A program made the translations under genes and the position numbers. Source: Octopus sinensis (lineage: Eukaryota). Taken from it: 64,000 nucleotides of DNA. The first letter of the stretch is position 1. Each line of letters opens with the position of its first letter. The stretch covers positions 45,694,001 through 45,758,000 of the forward strand of contig NC_042997.1 of the NCBI RefSeq assembly GCF_006345805.1, read 5' to 3'. Positions 1-11,741 of the stretch are shown here, piece after piece. The notes beneath the pieces are model-generated. The model was not told the DNA's origin and did not search any database. It saw only the letters and a program-made list of their open reading frames with translations.

Positions 1-910
1 TTGATTTTTGTTGTCAATTTTGTTGATAAACTTATACACAATATACCTTTAGGCCGCTATTTTTATGACGGTCTTACTATGCGTCCGTACTCCCGTTGGA
101 ATTCTGTGTTAATATAAAAATAAACATCAAAATTATATTAGAAAGAATCGTGAATTTTAAATAATGGCATTATGTTTTTCTCTGAAGAATGTAATGGTGA
201 GGTCACAAGTGATTCAAAGAGTAATAAGGAAGTTTGTAATGATTCCATAATAATTATAAAAATAGATAACAATAGAGCAGAGCAAAGGCGACATAATATT
301 CAAAATTTTTGTCGTTGCAGTCAACGCAGCTGCTGCTACGACACTGATGTCGTTTCAAAGACATCAGGATGAAATAATTTACAATGCTATTGGCTGCAAC
401 ATCAGAAGAGCAGCAACAACAATAGAAATAACAACAGTAACAGCAGCAGCAGCAACAAAACAACAACAACTACTACTACAACAAAAACAACTGCAACAGG
501 AGTAAGGATTTCAATGTGACCACAAAGATTTTATCATTTTCCCGAGCAACGAGCAGCAAGAGACATCCCACTTTGTCGAAAAGAAGTAAGAGAAAACATC
601 AAAACACGACATCATATATCCTTGTGTGATTGCACTTCCAGCTGTTGAGATGAGTGGAACTCATCTATGTATAAAACTGAGAATGTCTGTCTGTCTGTGT
701 GTCTGTATGTGTGCATCATGAAAACTCGAGATCTACTCAACCGATTTCATTCAAATTTTATACTTGCATTACTTAGGGTCCACGCAACTTCTTGCCTAAT
801 GCGAGCCCGGAGCAATCTCTTATCTCTTACACTATTTCAGTATTATGTGTCAAAAGTAACAAATCTCTATTGTAATGTGAGATAATTCTTTCAGTTTTAA
901 TAGTTTCACT

Positions 911-1166
911 GTGTATTTACATACATGTTTGTATATATATATATATATATATATATATACTTTGTATATATATATGTATGTATATATGTGGATATATATG
1001 TATATATATATGTATGTATATATGTGGATATATATGTATATATATATAAGTATATATATTTATGTATATATATATATATCTTTATGTATGTATATTTATG
1101 TGTATATATATATGTGTGTGTGTGTGTATATATATATGCATATATATGTGTATATATATGTATATA
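911..1166. repeat. (TA)n/(TATG)n microsatellite
   Basis: Direct reading. Confidence 0.95.
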
Positions 1167-1167
1167 A

Positions 1168-1895
1168 ATTAAGAAGTGGAGTTAAATGCAGTTGTTATTC
1201 AGATCTTTATACTTCCGACATATGTTTCGAAGAAAACATTGGTATTATTCCTGAGAGAATAAAATGATGTAAAACAATGTAATCATCTCGTCAAGGAAAC
1301 AAGAGCAACAAAACACATCAATAAGCCATTTTAACCGAGTGTGATTACCGCGTATATGATGAAGGTAACGCTGGCAAGTTATATTTTTAAAAAATCGTTA
1401 ATAGATTTAACGTCAAGGGAAAGAGAAGGAGAAGAGAGAAAGAAATTAACATAAAATTAAGAGTAGAGAAATATAGTGCAATAGATGAGTGAAAATAAAG
1501 CTTAAAGGCGTGTAAATATGTAGTGGAAATAAAATGTAATACAGTCAAAAGTCGAATTTTATAGATTTGTTAGAAAGTACTTGTGTCAACTAAAGGTATG
1601 TTTTTCCCAATGTTTGCAAGGATAAACGCGTTCTTTAAACGTGTTTACAAGAGAATTCGCTGAGAAGAGAATGAGATACTATTCTTCGTTACAGAGCGGA
1701 CAAAATGATTTACCTTTATCATATGGAAAGGATCTAAATAGAATATTCCATTCCAAATCAAATTGTTTATCATGTTCATTTAGAGACCAAATTAATTTAC
1801 TAAGCCCGGTATTGTTGTGTTTATTGATATGTCTAAATGTAGAGTAATGGTTAGATATTCTTTTCGACAACTGAGATGATGAATTACCAATGTAA
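1168..1895 (-). mobile_element. Penelope-like element 3' fragment (GIY-YIG endonuclease C-terminus plus terminal repeat with HHR)
   Basis: Minus-strand translation YIGNSSSQL-SKRISNHYSTF...GLSKLIWSL...LEWNIL...CPLCNEE resembles PLE GIY-YIG. An HHR motif lies downstream and the element ends at (TA)n. Confidence 0.8.
1213..1298 (-). ncRNA. Minimal type-I hammerhead ribozyme (C3U variant)
   Basis: Minus strand: UUCC-UUGACGA-stem II (GAUGAUUACAUUG/CAAUGUUUUCUUC)-GAAA-CAUAUG-UC-GGAA. Confidence 0.7.
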
Positions 1896-2017
1896 AAAAA
1901 AAGACATCAGAAAGGAAGTAATTTTACACTGATAAACAGAGTTTCTAGTCTTAGAATTACTGCTAAGAAAATGAATGCGTTTCGAAGTTATATTAGAAAT
2001 ACTATATATATATAAAT

Positions 2018-2366
2018 CGCAATAGCCCAGTGGTTAGGGAAGTGGACTGGCGATCATAGGATCGCAGTTTCGATTCCCAGACCGAGCGTTATGAGTGTTT
2101 ATTGAGCGAAAATGAGGCTCCGGCAGGGGGATGGGGTGGGTGAAATCTACTGTATTCTTTAACCATAACTTTCTCTCACTCTTTCTTCATGTTTCTGTTG
2201 TGCCTGTATTTTAAAGGCCCAGCCTTGCCATACCCTGTGTCACGCTGAATTTCACCGAGAACTACGTTAAGGGTACACGTGTCTGTGGAATGCTCAGCCA
2301 CTTGCACGTTAATTCATGAGCAGGCTGTTCTGTTGATTGGATCAACTGGAACCCTTGCCGTCGTAA
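2018..2366 (+). mobile_element. tRNA-derived SINE family B
   Basis: A-box tagcccagtgg and B-box-like gtttcgattcc. Homologous to 32494-32868 and 12338-12648. Confidence 0.85.
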
Positions 2367-2377
2367 TTTTACATATA

Positions 2378-2425
<48 letters not shown>

Positions 2426-2914
2426 TTATAACATAAGAATACTTACATATATGAACGTATACATAAATATATATGTACGTATGAAACACGACCAGTTTAA
2501 ATTGCCCGCCTCCTAACTCCATGTGCGATATGGTTAAAACATCACCGCAGTAAATACAATGACGAAATAAAATTTTAAATTTATATAAATAAGGCAAAGC
2601 ACTTCTTAATGTAAAGCCAGAAATCTGGGGTCTGGAATTATCCAGTAATTTTTTGCTAGTTTTATTTTATTATTTTTTTTGTCTTCTCTCCTTGTGCTGT
2701 ATGAACATTTAATATGGCTTTAGAGTCAGATACCCTAAATTATAATTTTAATTATTATTACCTTTGAAGGTTTTTATTTACATGCTGGCCACTTGATAAG
2801 ATCGATATTTAATTTAAATTAATGATCTTATCCTTATATATATATATATGAGGGTTGTATGAAAGGTTTATATATATTATATATATATATATTATATATA
2901 TATATATGTATATA

Positions 2915-3120
2915 TGTGTGTGTGTGTTTGTATGTCTGTGATTGTCGCTACAACATCGCTTGTCAACCGATGTTGGTGTGTTTACGTCCCCATGACTTAG
3001 AAATTCGGCAAAAGTGACCGATAGAATAAAGTACTAGGCTTACAAAGAATACGTCCTGGGATCGAGTAAAGGTGTCGCAGTCAAATGACTGAAACAAGTT
3101 AAAGAAGAGAATAAAAGAAT
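2915..3120 (+). mobile_element. SINE family A, 3' half
   Basis: Matches the 3' half of 62869-63302. Confidence 0.8.
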
Positions 3121-3552
3121 ATATATGTGTATATATATATTTGAAATTTATTTATATATATTTTTGAATTTTTCATTTGTAAATATTATACAATATTTCA
3201 TCAAAAAAAAAAACCCCACAAAAATCTCCAAAATTGAAATTGAATGTTTGAAAGAAATGGGAAGAGAGTATATAAATATAACTGAAAGAGGAGAAAAAGA
3301 AAGAAAGAGGAAAAAAGAAGGAAAGAGGAGAAAAGAAAGAGAAAACAGGGAAAAAGAGAAAAAGAAGGGGAAAATGAGTGCGGAAGAGAGAAAGAAAGCG
3401 GAAAGGCTTTCAGTGATGACCACACAACACCTGTTTTTTTCTTTTTGAAGGGGTCACCATCCATAAACCCATCCCAGTACAATGGTAAATGACTAAATAA
3501 ATAAATGAACGGTGAATAAGAAGGGGAGATCTCCCTTCTCTCTCCCTCTCTC

Positions 3553-3603
<51 letters not shown>

Positions 3604-5119
3604 CCATTGTCATGGAACCTCACCTCAAAATACAAAAACGATTTTCTCTTCTAAACAAAACGCCCCCAAAATATTTGTTTTATATAAATGAACAAGCTGT
3701 TTGTACATTCACAAAATTTAATTTGACAAGTTCGAGAAACGTATATATATATAAAAGAAAAGGAAACCCCACCTTTCAACGTGACATGGAGCATTCTGGA
3801 CAGAGCGGCACCATACAGGCATGGAGCACACAGGAATAATTTTTTAATGCAAGCTTTGCCTATAAGAGAAACTGTATATTTTATTCAAAGACAATAATTC
3901 TTTGAATCAAAGAAGTGAGCTAATGAACTTATGTAGACACGCAACCAAATTTAAAATGTCAAATATAAATATACCATGTGGATAGAGTATATATTTTGTA
4001 TTTTTGATTTTTGAAATTTTGATTTTGACTCTTGGACTAGTATGTAAACTCGACGATGGATTTGTTTCGCACTATGCAGATTTCATTCCGTATAGCAAAG
4101 TCTCATGCATATATTTTGTTTATTTTGTTTATATTTCTACATATACATTAGGAAAAACCTTCGGCTTTGTTTATTTCATGTTATTGTATTGTATGGGATT
4201 ACCTTGATTTTTAATTTATAGATGATCCAAAATAGGGTGTTATATTTTATATGTCTTTCGTATATTTTTCATTATTGCACTCACCTTTTTTTAAAAAGCA
4301 ATGTTGCCAAAAATTAGAATTTTGATGTAAATATGCGTATAGCCATGGATATGTATTTGTAAGCATGCGTCTCTGTGTATGTGTAAGTGAGCGTATGTTT
4401 GTGCTTAAGCACACACATACACGACTGTATTCGAACTTGTGTATTTGTATACTTGTCTCCATACACGTCAATAACGCGGTTACACAGCTTGTATACATAA
4501 TTTTTCTTATTTCGTTTTTTTCCCACCCCTCCTTTTTCTTTTTTCCTTCCCCTTCTTCGTTCCTTTTTCTCTCTCTTCCTTTCTTTCGTTTTTTTCTCTA
4601 ACTGATACTGGTACATACAACTTTACGTCCCCCTTACTTAAGCTTTACTCCGTAAATAAGAAACGCTACATTAGCATCGATGATTTTAACTTGCGTGCGA
4701 GATAGATTGCGTACATATATGTATGCATGCATTTGTGTGTATATTTTAGATTTATATTTATACGTCTGTATATGTATGGCGTTTGCACGCATCCTTCTGT
4801 GTATGTTGATATATATGTACACTTTAATATGAATATGTATTGCAGTGTAATATTTATAATGAGTTTTAATTTCCATGCATTAATTATATTTCCTTCATTA
4901 ACGTCAATATGTATTTTATTCAATGTAAGGTTTTTTCCTCGAATTTTATAATTTTTATAATTTTTATATATATATATATACATATATTTTTGAGCTCATT
5001 TTTTGTTTATCGCTCGAAGATTGACCGTTATTTCTAAAGGGCCTATCAAACAAGTCCATTTTTTTAAAGGTGTAGCGTTTGTAAGAGTCTGGATTGAATT
5101 GATATATCGGTTCCATTCT

Positions 5120-5173
5120 AGCAAAAACTGTCTGATGAACGGCAACGAGAAACTCAGAGTAACAGATTTTGTT
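5120..5173 (+). ncRNA. Type-I hammerhead ribozyme with intact core
   Basis: AGCAAAAACUGU-CUGAUGA-ACG(GCAA)CGA-GAAA-CUCAGAG-UA-ACAGAUUUUGUU. Stem I is ~11 of 12 paired, with predicted cleavage after GUA at 5161. Confidence 0.85.
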
Positions 5174-5229
5174 GAATTTTCTGCTGCTTTATTTAAATAC
5201 CAGTGGTAGAGTAATATGCTTTAAATAAA

Positions 5230-5283
<54 letters not shown>

Positions 5284-5287
<4 letters not shown>

Positions 5288-5577
5288 TGTAGCTTCTGAC
5301 TACTTGTGAGTAGATATGTGAGTGGATTTCGTACACAGAAACTGAAAGAAGACTGTTGTATATATGCGTATATTTGTGTGTGTGTGTCTGTGTTTGTACC
5401 CTCACCATTACTTGACAACCGATGTTGCTGTATTTACGTTCCCATAAATTAGCAGTTCGGCAAAAGACACTGACAGAATAAGAACAAGGCTTACAAAGAA
5501 TAAATCCTGTAGTCGATTTATTCGACCAGCAGTGATACTCCAGCATGGCCGCAGTCACATGAGTGAAACAAGTAAAA
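5284..5577 (+). mobile_element. SINE family A, 5'-truncated
   Basis: Matches family A body and the tail cagcatggccgcagtc...gaaacaagtaaaa. Confidence 0.8.
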
Positions 5578-6575
5578 CATTTAAAAACTATGCCATTTTA
5601 ATCCCGAGCAAGGCCGGGTATCTCTGCTAGTAAAGGACTATTCTGCATAAGTATATTCGTTACAGAGGGCAGACTTGGCAGTATTCAACAGCAGTGGAAA
5701 ACGAAAGACGCCTGAAGTCGAGTAAATAATGTGAGGAGCACAATAAGGGATAGTGTTAACCAACTACCATCTACATCAATGAGCTGAAAATTAAAACAAT
5801 GACTACAGATATATGCCTATCCCTAGCATTTAGGATTGTCCCTTTTTAATATGGGACTACTGTTAACTAAATTTAGAGTCACCAACGTGTTTCGTCAAAG
5901 GCTAAAATTGACGGTAATAAGGAGATCCAAACAGGAACGTCCATAGAGTTCTAAGTGTTAGTCGCGCTTGTCGATTTTCTGGCATACTCGAATGTTTGTG
6001 TTTCGAAGACAACCAGAAAATGCGGGTAGCTGCCGAAAGTAGGAAATCCTAATAGCACGTTTACGAGTGTGACATCAACAACAATGTTTACTGCAGACCA
6101 ATGGAAAGGAGCACACGAATGAGTGTCCTTACAAAACAAGAACAAAAGAAACACCAGAAACATGGACATAGCTTCAACATTCGTTGATCCCTCAATTAAG
6201 GAAGCTGTAAGGGACGACAATAAATCATCCGAAAATGGGTGAGTGTAGAAGGATCGATAAAAAAGTGGTGATGTAGGAAAAGGGTTATCAGAGATCTAAC
6301 CATTCAGAGATCTAAAGGTTTGGCAAACTTCTCAAAGGATATGGTCAAACACACCTCAATAAACAGGCCAACAATGAGAGCAATCATAACGACTATAACT
6401 GCAACAATATAATATATATATATATATATATATATAGATCAATAAATGGTGGGGTTGTGTTGACCGCACGTGGAGAAATGATAAGTAAGGAAAAATTTTT
6501 TTTAAAATGCAGAATGCTCAAATGAAAGAAAATTTTAATAAAATGAGAAATTGATAAAATATATAAATATATATT

Positions 6576-6616
6576 TATTCAACCGGTTTTCGTCATTGTA
6601 TGACTTGTCAAGAATA
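6576..6616 (-). ncRNA. Hammerhead-like motif with U3-A8 core
   Basis: Minus strand: UAUUC-UUGACAA-GUCAU(ACA)AUGAC-GAAA-ACCGG-UU-GAAUA, with one extra A after GAAA. Confidence 0.55.
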
Positions 6617-6925
6617 TTTATGTTTTAAAAAGTTTTTTTAAAAATTAGAAAGGGGAAAAAAAGAAAATTGCATTGTTTTTTGCAAAAGAATAATGATAAA
6701 AATGTACAAAAAAAAAAAAAAAAAAAAATAAGTACTCCGATACATTGTGAGTTCGTTGTGTATCTTGAGTTTTATGATTGTTCACGAAAAAATTACCTTG
6801 AGGTATTAAGACCCAAAGGGATTAAGAGCATGTGTTGTGTGGTTTAATTCAGCATGTTGGCAGGACAGGAAGTAGTAGTAATTGTGGTTCTTCAGTTCCT
6901 GTGTTGTGAGTAAGGGGAGACAACT

Positions 6926-7286
6926 CCGCCTTTAGTCGAGCAAAATCGACCCCGGGACTTATTCTTTGTAAGCCCAGTACTTATTCTATCGGTCTCTTTT
7001 GCCGAACCGCTAAGTGACGGGGACATAAACACACCAGCATGGGTTGTCAAGCAATGCTAGGGGGACAAACACAGACACACAAACACACACACACACACAC
7101 ATACACATATATATACATATATACGACAGGCTTCTTTCAGTTTCCGTCTACTAAATCCACTCACAAGGCATTGGTCGGCCCGGGGCTATAGCAGAAGACA
7201 CTTGCCCAAGATGCCACGCAGTGGGACTGAACCCGGAACCATGTGGTTGGTAAGCAAGGTACTTACCACACAGCCACTCCTGCGCC
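6926..7286 (-). mobile_element. SINE family A
   Basis: Reverse complement begins ggcgcaggagtggctgtgtggtaag and has the B-box ggttcagtcc. Confidence 0.9.
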
Positions 7287-8483
7287 TGTTGGTGTTTTAT
7301 AAATTGGTATAAGTTCCGGTGTATGGAAATCCTAATACAGTCATGTCTACAAATGCCTCCCTTGGCTAGGACTGGGCATATGGATGGTTTATCGTTTCTT
7401 TCAAATCTACACATATTCTCTAGTAAATCTACACACATACTCCAGTTCTTAACGCATTTTGCTTCATTTCATAATCTAGTATTTAATCTGGATGCTTTTA
7501 TCCTGTGCTGCTAGTAATACCTTTACTCTCAACCCTGTGTTCTGCTCGCTTCAGCCAATGCTTGGACTTTAGTATCATTCAGAAGCAAATTGCTTAGCTT
7601 TAGTTTTTGATAATTTTATCTTCTTACTTCTTTCTGTTCACAACTATAAGCAGCGGTATACAGTTGTGAAAACTTGAAAACTTAAAGCAATTTTTGTTTT
7701 GTTTGTGTTTTGTTGCTATTTGTATTCATATTCTATCGTTGTTTCTTTTTCTATATATATTTCATTGCATTATATAAAGTATTTTATAATAGTTCTCTAG
7801 TTATGGAGGACTCCTAAATCCCTTGCGTTTTCTGTTGAATATAGTCTTTCTGTATTAGATTGTAGGTGTCTTATTTTGAACAATCCTCGTTATTTTTCTT
7901 CCTTACGTCTTTAATGTTGTTAATTCATAAGCGTATAGTGGAGAATTTTATAAGTATAATTATTTTCACTAGGAGAACTAATGCATTAATACCTATTATC
8001 CTTTTTATTTCATTTAAATCAATTTAATTACTAATCTAATGCAGTTTTAATATTCCTTCCCAACTTTTCATTTCATTTGTATATCTAATTCATTAATTTC
8101 CAAGTATCTGTAAATCTGTATTTGATCTAATTATCTCATCTATATTTCTTTATCTAACATGACAATAGTATTCTTAATTAATTTTCATCTCTTCAACTTT
8201 TCAATTGTGCATTCTTCTGCGAATCTTAAATCTATTCCTTTAGTATATCCGTCTATTGTCTGCAGCACTGTTTCAAACACTTTTTCATATGCAGCGTAAA
8301 ACTAAAGGTCAACCATATAGAAAATATGGTTGATTGTCTTCACAGAGCATTTGTATCCGAATCCTGTCTGGTTCAACGTGCAAGTAAAAGCAGTTAGCCA
8401 GAGGTAAATGAGTGGAGCGAGTGTATTCTCTTGGAATATTTTCTCATAAAAGATATTATGGGTATACCCCAGGAAAGGTTTCT

Positions 8484-8504
8484 ATTATCATTATTATTAT
8501 AATA

Positions 8505-8598
<94 letters not shown>

Positions 8599-8638
8599 TT
8601 GTTGTTATTATTGTTATTATTGTTATTATTATTATTAG
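8484..8638. repeat. (ATT)n microsatellite
   Basis: Direct reading. Confidence 0.97.
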
Positions 8639-8966
8639 TATATGTAGTAGTACTATTCGCGGGGTCAGGGTAGATGGCGGTCTATCTGAATAGTATGGTA
8701 TTATGGCCTCATCCTTCATAAGTGTTGCTCCTTCACACCGTACAACGCTACACAATTTTAGTTTTTGAAGTTTTATGGCAAAAATTTCATTTCTGAAGAG
8801 CATATTGCATGAAGATGGAGATAGGAAGGTAGCATGTTTGTAGTGGATGTTGTTACTTTCATAGTATTAGACACCTTGGCAATGGATTAATCGAGTTAAT
8901 CCTCTTCAACCTGAAGGAACATGAGATGGAAAAAGAAGAATATATTAACCAAGGGTTCATATATAT

Positions 8967-9117
8967 AGGCGTATGAGTGACTGTGTGGTAAGTAGCTTGC
9001 TTACGAACAACATAGTTCCGGGTTCAGTCCCGCTGTGTGGCACCTTGGGCAAGTATCTTCTACTATAGCGTCGGGCGGACCAAAGCCTTGTGAGTGGATT
9101 TGGTAGACGGAAACTCA
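8967..9117 (+). mobile_element. SINE family A, 5' half
   Basis: ggcgtatgagtgactgtgtggtaagtagc...ggttcagtccc. Confidence 0.8.
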
Positions 9118-9504
9118 GCTAGCGGGTTTATAACTCTAACTTTTAGCAAGATGAATCTATGCTGGCCATTTCTGACGTTTCAAGTGGTCGTTGCTGGTGA
9201 TGGGGAGGGGCACACCTTCAGAGACTCCTTGATTGCTATTAAGTGTTATTGCTAGCAAGCATAAACCACTGGTACGTTTTTGGCAACTAGACTGTTACTA
9301 GGCAAACACAGACGCCCGACACACGGATGGAACGTTAAAACTTAATTTCTATAGTAAGTTAGTGGATGGTTTGAGAAATTGTCTTCTTCGGGATACCCTG
9401 GTCTTAAATGAGGCGTTCTGAAAAATGTTTCTAGAAAACTTATAAGTTGGCAATCGCGGATAATTTCCAAAAGTTCTTCGAATATTAATATTAAATGGGG
9501 TCTG

Positions 9505-9720
9505 AAGACAGTGAGCTGGCAGAATCGTTAGCACGCCGGGCAAAATGCTTAGCAGTATTTCGTTCGTTTTTATATCCTGGGTTCAAATTCCACTAGGGTC
9601 GACTTCGCCTTTCATCCTTTCGAGGTCGATAAAACAAGTACCAGTTGAGACTGGGGTCGATTTAACCGACTTGGCCCCGTATACGGAATTGCAGGCCTTG
9701 TGCCAAAATTTGAAACCAGT
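9505..9720 (+). mobile_element. SINE family C (Nin/Deu-domain-like)
   Basis: gagctggcagaatcgttagc...gcctttcatccttt cgaggtcgataaaa...agtacca core. Confidence 0.8.
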
Positions 9721-10474
9721 ATTAAATGAAGAATTCGCCTGTTCGGAATAAACTCACATGTATAGCATTGTCATCATCTGAACTCGTCCAAGGAGCATAA
9801 AGAACAACAAAATTTCCCTCTATGCTCTCGTTTGGTATTCGTGCAGTGTGAAAAGTGGTTTTTTTTTATTGTATTGAGAATAATTTAATAAATGTGCAGC
9901 AGCTTGTTGTACCATTGTATATTTTTTTCCTTATATGTGTGTAATCCCTAGAGCTTGGTTTCCATTGTTGTTTGTACCTTTTTTTATGATTATCAAGTCA
10001 TCTATTATGGGCATTGATATTGTTTTCATTCGGCACTTTCTGGATATCTATATCTCTAAGTATTGATATCTCTTATTCTAATAACAGCTGAACGATTTTC
10101 ATTAATCTTCTCGCCTGTGTAGATCTGCATATCTATTGTCATCATCTGACATTTTTCGTGGCGTGAAATGATTTGTTCTTCACACTTTCTTCTTTTACTG
10201 CTGTTATTCTGTTTTATAGTAGTGTCATTATACACTTTTGGCAGGTTTAACGTGAAGATTTTGGTATGGTACCGCAAAAAAACCCCCCAACATTTTGGTC
10301 TTAGCTGAGTCCTGAGATTCATAGCCAGTGCTAAGCTTTTGGTTTATCCCCGTCTACTTAGTCGGATCTTGGTCATGTAGAACTATTCTTGCTGTTGTTT
10401 GTATAATATTTTGTAGCTCTATTTTCAAGTTAATCCAATAATATGCTGATGCTGCTCCACCCAGTTGCCGGCTG

Positions 10475-10707
10475 TTACTCTTTACTCTCTTTTACTCTTT
10501 TACTTGTTTCAGTCATTTGACTGCGGCCATGCTGGAGCACCGCCTTTTTTAGTCGAGCAAATTGACCCCGGGACTTATTCTTTGTAAGCCCAGTACTTAT
10601 TCTATCGGTCTCTTTTGCCGAACCGCTAAGTGACGGGGACGTAAACACACCAGCATCGGTTCTCAAGCAATGCTAGGGGAACAAACACAGACATACAAAC
10701 ACATACG

Positions 10708-10766
<59 letters not shown>

Positions 10767-10921
10767 CGACAGGCTTCTTTCAGTTTCCGTCTACCAAATC
10801 CACTCACAAGGCATTGGTTGGCCCGGGGCTATAGCAGAAGACACTTGCCCAAGATGCCACGCAGTGGGACTGAACCCGGAACCATGTGGTTGGTTAGCAA
10901 GCTACTTACCACACAGCCACA
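10475..10921 (-). mobile_element. SINE family A, near full length
   Basis: (GAGTAAAA)n tail and family A body. Confidence 0.9.
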
Positions 10922-11741
10922 CCTTGGCCTCGGTTTATATTTTTAGTTTCTTTGAAGGCAACATTTGTTTTTATATTGTGGTTATTTGTATCAGTTTCCT
11001 TTTATTCTTTGCTAGGTTTCCGGTAGATTTCTTGATGCATCACACTTCTAACTGGCCAAATCAGTGGTAAATGTAATCTTTCTGTACTTACTTTTCTAAA
11101 AGTAGCCATTACATTTCTCGCGTTAATATTTTGCTTAGCGACCAGTTGAGGATATTATAACTATAACTTATCTGCGGTATTCATACTTATTATGTATTTT
11201 TGGCATTTAGCCTACTATTAATTATTTATGTGATGCGTCTATAATATTTCTTTCTAACGTTTTCATCTATTTGTGTGCGTTGTCTTCAGTATATATCATT
11301 AATTCCTAATTACAGATCCGTGTTAGGTATAATTCTCTTAAAATAATCCCCGTCAAGGTTATTTTGGTACATTACCCTCAAATGAATTTCATCTTCATTC
11401 CCCTACCGAACCTGTGCTTTCAGTTTATCATTTGTAGCATAAAACTCGAGCCTATCGATATACAAAAGATGATTGACAGTCATTCTATGACGTTTGTATC
11501 TGTACTGAAACTAGTTGAGAATGCTCATTAAAGGTGTTTACACTTCATTGAAAAGAAAAAAAAAATGGAGTGAGGAAATGGTGCAGCATTTTTAATAGTT
11601 ATCGGTTCTTTTATAATTCTTTTTTCTGTTTGCATTTGTAAGACTGTCTTCCATTTAATCATGGCATTTACTTGCATGTTGGAGGTGCTACCTTACTCAT
11701 GGCGGTTAATGTTTCTGGTTTTTACGTTCAGAGAATACTAG

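Larger units (their letters stand above)
664..5630 (+). mobile_element. Non-autonomous Helitron termini enclosing ~4.5 kb of nested repeats
   Basis: 5' A|TC start followed by (GTCT)n and 'caaccgatttcattcaaatttt' (664-770). The 3' hairpin cccgagcaaggccggg and CTAG|T lie at 5603-5631. That both ends belong to one element is inferred. Confidence 0.5.
7290..11330 (-). mobile_element. Highly decayed R4/Dong-like non-LTR retrotransposon RT region, interrupted by SINEs and (ATT)n
   Basis: Minus strand ~8445-8290 reads KIFQENTLAPL...GYKCSVKTINHIFYMVDL*FYA, similar to GIFQGDSLSPL...INHLLYMDDLKLYA. A remnant resembling DYKKAYDMVPH lies near 9900-9950. Boundaries are uncertain. Confidence 0.6.

Noticed and set aside
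490-6400. Faint piggyBac transposase-like remnants (~500-660 and ~5650-6400)
   Set aside because: Too degenerate to support by eye, apparently out of order, and no TIR or TTAA found.
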